Virus record (IMG/VR): IMGVR_UViG_3300030060_007200
Source: a virus
Reading direction: 5' to 3' (one strand)
DNA length: 64,000 nt
This document shows positions 58,485 to 64,000 of the stretch, one piece after another; the first letter of the stretch is position 1, and each line of letters starts with the position of its first letter. The position numbers and the translations under genes are program-made. Under the pieces are notes generated by a model. It saw nothing but the letters and a program-made list of their open reading frames with translations. It did not search any database and was not told the DNA's origin.

Positions 58485-58800
58485 TTAGAAAATCTTTTTG
58501 GTCTTTAAGAGCCTGCTTAAGTTCATCTGACTTAATTTTTTTAGACTTTTTCTTACCTCCTTCACTAGCTTTCATTACAGCTAAAGCAGTTTTATCTCTT
58601 CGTATAATCCTTTCGTGTGTCATACAAGGATATATTGTAAAACCTACTCTTGATTTAGAGTTTTCATCTACTTGTATTTTATAGTCAGGAGTACCGTTAT
58701 CCTTAAATGTTAATTCTTTAATTTTACCAGTAAGTATTTCGCCGGTTAGAAATTTGAATGTGACTATGTCACCAACGTTGTATAAATGTTTTTTTGCCAT
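58471..58800 (-). CDS. Hypothetical protein (SH3/Tudor-like N-terminus)
   Basis: YNVGDIVTF...GKI...Y pattern. Confidence 0.7.
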   Translation of the reverse strand: MAKKHLYNVGDIVTFKFLTGEILTGKIKELTFKDNGTPDYKIQVDENSKSRVGFTIYPCMTHERIIRRDKTALAVMKASEGGKKKSKKIKSDELKQALKDQKDFLNGSI

Positions 58801-58801
58801 A

Positions 58802-59263
58802 TTATTTATTTAAGTTATTTAATAAGTTTTCTACAGGTGTTAACAATTCTATTGTGTTAACTGTTGTTGGCCAGTCAAATCCGTTTTGGCCAAAATGAAT
58901 CCAAGTACCTTTGAAGTCAGATTGACCTCTGGTATTTGTATCGTCGATTAGTATGTCTCCAATCAACAAATCTTTTCTATGTGTTAAGAACATTTTTCTA
59001 GACAGTTCAGGTAGATGTTTTGCAATCCAGTTTCTTTTCTGTCCCCAAGAATCCGGGTGGTTCCAGGGTGGAGTTGTAGCAATGAATACCTCATGACCCA
59101 TATCCAATATTTTTTTAACTGCATCTATTGCACCAGGCATTGGCTCGAACTTTGAAAAGTCCAGTACCTCATCAGGATTTTTTACGTGTGGTATTTCGTT
59201 AGCTGCCTTTTGAAAGTTGGCAAGTACACCATCCATATCTATATAAATTCTTAATTTTTCCAT
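58802..59263 (-). CDS. 5'(3')-deoxyribonucleotidase (HAD, NT5C family)
   Basis: DMDGVLANF, PMPGA, K..W and GDILIDD motifs. Confidence 0.92.
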   Translation of the reverse strand: MEKLRIYIDMDGVLANFQKAANEIPHVKNPDEVLDFSKFEPMPGAIDAVKKILDMGHEVFIATTPPWNHPDSWGQKRNWIAKHLPELSRKMFLTHRKDLLIGDILIDDTNTRGQSDFKGTWIHFGQNGFDWPTTVNTIELLTPVENLLNNLNK

Positions 59264-59266
59264 ATA

Positions 59267-59506
59267 TTAAATTGATTCGTTATACCATTCATTGTCTAAT
59301 TCTTTAGAGCAAGGAACGCTGTCATTAGAAAGTGCTGATACAAAACAAAATACAGCAATTAGTAAATTGCAAATACAAAATGCCATTTCGTTAAGTGGGT
59401 CAGCAAAGTTAATGTAATTTAGAATATCGCCAGTACCAGTAATGTATGCGATGTATAGGGCGGCCAAACCTAGTGTAGCGTAGCCAAATTTTTTAATCTT
59501 ATTCAT
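59267..59506 (-). CDS. Small two-TM membrane protein
   Basis: Two hydrophobic helices. Confidence 0.7.
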   Translation of the reverse strand: MNKIKKFGYATLGLAALYIAYITGTGDILNYINFADPLNEMAFCICNLLIAVFCFVSALSNDSVPCSKELDNEWYNESI

Positions 59507-59529
59507 GTTTCAATTGTTATTATTTATAC

Positions 59530-59570
59530 TATAAATATACGCAAAATTTCCGAGATATAAAAGGATTTTG
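59530..59570 (-). promoter_or_regulatory. Early-type promoter
   Basis: Minus strand AAATCCTTTTATATCTCGG...TATATTTA; near-copies at 60933-60970 and 62709-62747. Confidence 0.6.
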
Positions 59571-59602
59571 CTGCCTTTTTTTTAATTTTATTAACAAAGT
59601 TA

Positions 59603-60913
59603 TTAACAATCTCTTTGTGCATTGTAGACGTGTTTTAGTACAGGGAATCGCAATGAGTATTCTCCTTGTTTGTTTTGTGACTCTTCAAAGTATTGAACTG
59701 TAACAATTTTTCCAAGAATTTTGGTATGGTCTTTGTAGTATTCTTTTCTTTGTTCTAGTGTAAAACCAGAACCTACACCAACCTTATTACCTTTGTGCTC
59801 TATTACGATATTACTTAAACAAGGTATTGTTTTTTCTACACCGTCCTCTATAATCCTTATATCTCCATTGACAGCACCGATAACTTTGTATTCAGCATCA
59901 TGCATTTGTTTTACCTTGAGAATATCCTTAGAACGTTTACCTTTATATCCTGAGTTTTTACGAATCATAATACCTTCATGACCGGCAGCTATAGCCTCGT
60001 CGTTTATGTGGTTGAAGTATTTTACATTAGGTATAAAATCCTGGTCAAGTACATCGATAATATTATCGTTACAGTTAGATATATGTAGTTGGTGTATGGA
60101 ATTTTCATATCGAACATATAGTGGCGTATCGCCTTCTTGTTTCGCAAATTCCTGAAGTGTAAGCATATCGAATACAAACATCTTAGGGTTATCAATGGTG
60201 TGGTTTTTACGTCTTATTTGTTTCATAATATCTTGGAAGTTTTCGTTTCCATTATCATCTACAATACATACCTCACCGTCAAGAACAAAGTCGCCTTCGA
60301 TTTTATTAACCTCGTCAATTAAATTACCTAGTGTTTCAAACTCCTTGCCTTGTCTAGAATAAGCCTTTGTGATACCGTTTTCTTTAAGTATAATACATCT
60401 TACGCCATCTAGTTTCCTAGAACCAAACCATTCCTCGTTTTCAAAATCCGGCATGTCCTTAATAGCTTCAGCCAATGCAACCTTGAACTGTGGTATAAGT
60501 CCAGGTATTGACTTGTTAATTAAACTAGCGCCAGCACGTGTTTTTAAGTCCTTGTCAATTATATTGTATATGATATCCTCATATTCTTTATTTGCCAATA
60601 CAAAACCATTAACCGCAGATATTGCAGCATGGCCAGTAAGTACCTTGTTGTCCAAGTCGTCAAGTAAATCGAATAGTAAATAAAGGTCGTCGCTATCGCA
60701 TAGGTCATGACGCTTTTTACAATTGTCTGATGTTACACCAAACTGTATATAAGGACTATATACATATTGTAGTACTTGGCAAAGCCATTTGTTTTGAGAA
60801 TATGATTTGATTATTTCTTTCTTTTCGTTGGAGCTTGATGTAGCTTGTAATTCCTGTGAAAAGTTTTTGACCGCCTGAAGGGTCCTTTGTGTTTCTAGTT
60901 TGTTCCAGTTCAT
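59603..60913 (-). CDS. ATP-dependent DNA ligase
   Basis: KLDGVR, LDGE, FD, EGIMIR, LKVK, VGSG and SLRFP motifs. Confidence 0.96.
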   Translation of the reverse strand: MNWNKLETQRTLQAVKNFSQELQATSSSNEKKEIIKSYSQNKWLCQVLQYVYSPYIQFGVTSDNCKKRHDLCDSDDLYLLFDLLDDLDNKVLTGHAAISAVNGFVLANKEYEDIIYNIIDKDLKTRAGASLINKSIPGLIPQFKVALAEAIKDMPDFENEEWFGSRKLDGVRCIILKENGITKAYSRQGKEFETLGNLIDEVNKIEGDFVLDGEVCIVDDNGNENFQDIMKQIRRKNHTIDNPKMFVFDMLTLQEFAKQEGDTPLYVRYENSIHQLHISNCNDNIIDVLDQDFIPNVKYFNHINDEAIAAGHEGIMIRKNSGYKGKRSKDILKVKQMHDAEYKVIGAVNGDIRIIEDGVEKTIPCLSNIVIEHKGNKVGVGSGFTLEQRKEYYKDHTKILGKIVTVQYFEESQNKQGEYSLRFPVLKHVYNAQRDC

Positions 60914-60932
60914 TTGTTAATTATTATTTATA

Positions 60933-60970
60933 TATAAATATAATAAAAATATACGACATATGAAAGGATT
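60933..60970 (-). promoter_or_regulatory. Early-type promoter of the DNA ligase gene
   Basis: Minus strand AATCCTTTCATATGTCG...TATTATATTTA. Confidence 0.6.
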
Positions 60971-61001
60971 ATAGCAACTATTTTAGAAAAGTTATTAACA
61001 A

Positions 61002-61076
61002 TTATATTCCTAGAAGAAATACAATTACCATAATTGCTATATACATAAACGGTGTTATATCTATTTTGTTTTCCAT
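61002..61076 (-). CDS. 24-aa single-TM micropeptide
   Basis: MENKIDITPFMYIAIMVIVFLLGI; TATTTATA motif 3 nt upstream. Confidence 0.5.
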   Translation of the reverse strand: MENKIDITPFMYIAIMVIVFLLGI

Positions 61077-61131
61077 ATCTATAAATATTTTACTACAATC
61101 CCAAGTATGTTAACAAATTATTAACAAATTG

Positions 61132-61476
61132 TTATTTAACTTGCCATTTATACTCAGTAATATACCAGACCTCATCTGCATAGTATTTGTTTCTCGTGAA
61201 ATATATTCTTCTTTCGGCCTCCCATTTATTAGAAGACCAATAAACAATGTTGTTTTTAGCCTCCGATTTTCGATCGGTGTAATACACAATCTTGTCAGCC
61301 TGCCATTTGTTCTTTGTTTCATAAACCTTTACAACATCTTTCTCCCATTTATATTCGGTAGCATATAACACCTGAGCATTACATGACTCTGCAAATATTA
61401 CAAAGAAAACCATCAGTGCTGTAAGTATTATCAACAGTCTATTGGCATATTGTGCGCCTCTTTCTTCTTCTGTCAT
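61132..61476 (-). CDS. Secreted/periplasmic short-repeat protein
   Basis: Signal peptide, then repeated vY.T..KW.A(D) units. Confidence 0.7.
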   Translation of the reverse strand: MTEEERGAQYANRLLIILTALMVFFVIFAESCNAQVLYATEYKWEKDVVKVYETKNKWQADKIVYYTDRKSEAKNNIVYWSSNKWEAERRIYFTRNKYYADEVWYITEYKWQVK

Positions 61477-61477
61477 T

Positions 61478-61675
61478 TTAATCTAATTCTAAGTATTTTA
61501 ATAAAAAATCTAATTTTGCATCTATAGCATCCATCTTTTTAAGAACCTCGTCCATCGTCTTAATCATGTCGGCCGCCTCACTCTTTCTCGCTTGCCCGTT
61601 CGGGGCGCGGTAGCCATAATTTTTAATTTGGCGTAGTTGGTTAAGGGTTCTTGGTTTTTTTCTTTTTCCGTCCAT
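61478..61675 (-). CDS. Hypothetical basic coiled-coil protein
   Basis: Probable start MDGKRKK. Confidence 0.6.
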   Translation of the reverse strand: MDGKRKKPRTLNQLRQIKNYGYRAPNGQARKSEAADMIKTMDEVLKKMDAIDAKLDFLLKYLELD

Positions 61676-61838
61676 TGTTTTTCTCTTTGTAAATTTCGTA
61701 CGCACGTTCGAACTTGTCTCCCATAGTGCGATATTTGTTAGTATCTAGTGTTTTACTAATCTTCATGACACCTTCGTATACATGTTCGCCTTCGTTATAA
61801 AATTGCATTAACAAATCTTCTACTCTATCAAACCCCAT
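61641..61838 (-). CDS. Hypothetical protein
   Basis: TAATG-coupled to the upstream gene. Confidence 0.6.
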   Translation of the reverse strand: MGFDRVEDLLMQFYNEGEHVYEGVMKISKTLDTNKYRTMGDKFERAYEIYKEKNNGRKKKKTKNP

Positions 61839-62356
61839 TACATCTTCCAATTTCTAAACGCATAAGCTATTTCGTCGTCCACTTTATTATCCTCAGTATA
61901 AGCAATTTTATCAGGTAGAGGTAATAAGGTATTAACAATAGTACGTAGATTAAATACATGGGTAGAACTAATGGTATGACTAGCGTATAAGGATTCTATC
62001 CAATCGATACACCAGTCGCGTCCACGGTCCAGATTAAATTCCAAATCCTTTAGGGTACGCGCATAATCTTCGTCGGTAGGAATGCGAAATACTCGAACAG
62101 AACCTGTAAGCTTTGTATTAGACTTTGGAGATTTACCACCACGTAGTCCACGCATAATACCGTAACCTGCACGCTGCGATAACTTGTTAACCTTGTCTGC
62201 TGTGGCCTTGTCCATAACCTGAATTGTATTACCTGTTTTGTGATAGGTAATATCTACACACGAAACGGCCTCGACGGTACTGCAATCGACACATTCCTTG
62301 TAGCCTAGGTCTACACGACCTTGTGGTATTACTGATTTACACTTTATGCAATGCAT
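61838..62356 (-). CDS. Protein with an N-terminal DksA/TraR-type C4 zinc finger
   Basis: CIKCKSVIPQGR...ECVDC; start moved to MHCIKC. Confidence 0.7.
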   Translation of the reverse strand: MHCIKCKSVIPQGRVDLGYKECVDCSTVEAVSCVDITYHKTGNTIQVMDKATADKVNKLSQRAGYGIMRGLRGGKSPKSNTKLTGSVRVFRIPTDEDYARTLKDLEFNLDRGRDWCIDWIESLYASHTISSTHVFNLRTIVNTLLPLPDKIAYTEDNKVDDEIAYAFRNWKM

Positions 62357-62544
62357 AGCTTTTCCTTTAGTCGACGTATATGTTTGCAGTCCTGATAAGG
62401 TCGGTACATATGACCTATACAATCGCAACTGGCACTAGACGTCTTGTGATTAAGTGTTACTGTATAGTAATTTAGCTTGCCGGTCTTTTTATTACGCGAC
62501 CCCATTTCGCTATAGTCGCTTGTATATGAAAAAGGATTATCCAT
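62344..62544 (-). CDS. SWIM zinc-finger protein
   Basis: YTVTL...CDC...CKH. Confidence 0.8.
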   Translation of the reverse strand: MDNPFSYTSDYSEMGSRNKKTGKLNYYTVTLNHKTSSASCDCIGHMYRPYQDCKHIRRLKEKLCIA

Positions 62545-62683
62545 TTACTGCACGTTTTTTATTGTACGTCCACTCCTTTTCCTCTTTGGTAAGGTGTTTG
62601 CCTTTTACCGGCTCCATAACATAGTAGTATCCGCCGCAACCGTCGGACTTTTCTACTACCTCGTATAACATTTGTTTATCCAT
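62537..62683 (-). CDS. 48-aa hypothetical protein
   Basis: MDKQMLYEVVEKSDGCGGYYYVMEP...; first ORF after the promoter at 62709. Confidence 0.55.
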   Translation of the reverse strand: MDKQMLYEVVEKSDGCGGYYYVMEPVKGKHLTKEEKEWTYNKKRAVNG

Positions 62684-62708
62684 ATTTTTACAATTTTAAT
62701 TTATACTA

Positions 62709-62747
62709 CTAATATAATAAATCTTTTCGACATAGAAAAGGATTTTG
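62709..62747 (-). promoter_or_regulatory. Early-type promoter
   Basis: Minus strand AAATCCTTTTCTATGTCG...TATTATATTAG. Confidence 0.6.
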
Positions 62748-62941
62748 CTGAAAAGTTATTAACAATTTTTGTTGTTTGCTTGTGGTGTACCATCATGTCA
62801 AAAACAGTTGTTTCTAGGGAAAAAATTTCAGCCCCGATGTGGGAGCAGCCTAAAGCGTTATGACAAAATGTCATATTGCACTGCTTACAGTTAATTAGAC
62901 CAGGAACGCATTTTTACGTCCCCAGCCAATTAACCCCCTAA

Positions 62942-64000
62942 TTAAGCTTGTACCTCATCTTCAACGTTAAATAACTCTTCGTTTGAATCTACGTTGTTTG
63001 GGTCATATGACCACTTTTGTACAAGTTGTTTTACGAATGTTCTTTCGGAATCTAGACCTCCAGCGTTGTCGTATTGTGGATAGATACAAACCTCTGCTGC
63101 CTCCTCTAATGAGAAGCCATCGTAAATTAAGCTAGCCATTTCCACCGAGTTCCTGGTAGATATAGCCGTAGATATACGTGGTGTATCTGTACCTATTTCT
63201 ATTCTTGTACCACCTACTATATCCCCTATAGCCTCTATTGATTTGCCATCTAATTTAGGATATAAGTACGTTAGAAGGTCTATCTCTCCTTCCTTATCCA
63301 ATACATCCATTTCCACTATAATGAATCTGTCTAACAGTGCTCTATCCATAACTCTTGTAGCTGTATATTCATTACCTATATTAGCAGTAGCTATGAATGT
63401 AACTCCTTTTGCTACCTCTATAGTTGGCGAATCGTCAGCTTCATCCAATCTTAGGTACCTTTGGCCTTCGTCCAATACCGTCATTAGGATATTGTGGGCA
63501 TCAGGGTGAGCTCTTGATAATTCGTCTAATAGTATAACCGCATCCTCGGTCTGTATAGCTTTGACGAATAGAGCTTCTGAGAAGAACGTTCCATCTTGTT
63601 TATTGAAGTGTGTATTACCTATTAAGGTAGAACGTGGGTCCTGAGTGGCACCTAAGTTGAAATAAAAGCTTGGCCTATCCAGTACTTCAGATACTGATTT
63701 TGCAGCCATTGTCTTACCACATCCAGCCGGACCAGTCATCATGATGTTTTTACCACGAGCTGCCGACCTCATCAAGTATTTCCATTTAAGAGGCTGCATT
63801 TTCAATACCTCTGGTTTAAGGTCCACAGAAGTCTTGATAAAATCCATAAGGGCAACTTGCTCTTCCGGTAAATCTACAACCTCAGCTTTAGCTGCCTTAA
63901 ATTTGGTATCAGGTAGAGGTTGTGACCAGTTAGTGATATTACCACTAGATGAGGTACCAAATGTAGCTCTGCCGTCCCATCCTTGGTCGGCGTCGTCATC
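62942..64000 (-). CDS. AAA+ ATPase (MoxR/CobS/CbbQ-like); 5' end outside the window
   Basis: GPAGCGKT, LLDELSR, ATAN and MDRALLDRF motifs. The frame stays open from 63847 to 64000. Confidence 0.9.
   Translation of the reverse strand, partial: DDDADQGWDGRATFGTSSSGNITNWSQPLPDTKFKAAKAEVVDLPEEQVALMDFIKTSVDLKPEVLKMQPLKWKYLMRSAARGKNIMMTGPAGCGKTMAAKSVSEVLDRPSFYFNLGATQDPRSTLIGNTHFNKQDGTFFSEALFVKAIQTEDAVILLDELSRAHPDAHNILMTVLDEGQRYLRLDEADDSPTIEVAKGVTFIATANIGNEYTATRVMDRALLDRFIIVEMDVLDKEGEIDLLTYLYPKLDGKSIEAIGDIVGGTRIEIGTDTPRISTAISTRNSVEMASLIYDGFSLEEAAEVCIYPQYDNAGGLDSERTFVKQLVQKWSYDPNNVDSNEELFNVEDEVQA

Noticed and set aside
1-64000. Stop-codon reassignment as in some large phages
   Set aside because: Core genes are full length in the standard code and coding density is high.

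Overview
This 64 kb window is part of a large, AT-rich, T4-like (myovirus-type) tailed-phage genome. Every credible gene is on the minus strand and uses the standard code. In coordinate order it holds: tail sheath (truncated), tail completion and neck proteins, PhoH, major capsid, scaffold, ribosomal protein bS21, internal-head proteins, prohead protease, portal, terminase, holin, a nucleotidyltransferase/RNA-ligase-like plus kinase pair, tail-fibre/virion proteins, a fused Mre11-Rad50 nuclease, primase, GIY-YIG nuclease, baseplate block, an outer-membrane beta-barrel, a gp55-like late sigma factor, HD hydrolase, lysozyme, a tmRNA, and early genes (nucleotidase, DNA ligase, Zn-finger proteins, AAA+ ATPase). 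A Bacteroidota host is inferred from the promoter shape, the tmRNA resume context and the position of bS21. The strongest observations are: (1) a very compact, circularly permuted two-piece tmRNA (tag GAQVEMAMAA) that the ORF track cannot show; (2) a candidate translation-switch system, with an insulated, SD-less bS21 gene that seems to lack the anti-SD-sequestering tyrosine and strong AGGAG/GGAG sites on late genes only; (3) a pervasive [S/T]-[G/A/S/Q]-S motif in virion proteins; (4) probably capsid-packaged ligase/kinase/nucleotidyltransferase enzymes. All protein calls come from motif recognition by eye; no database search was run.
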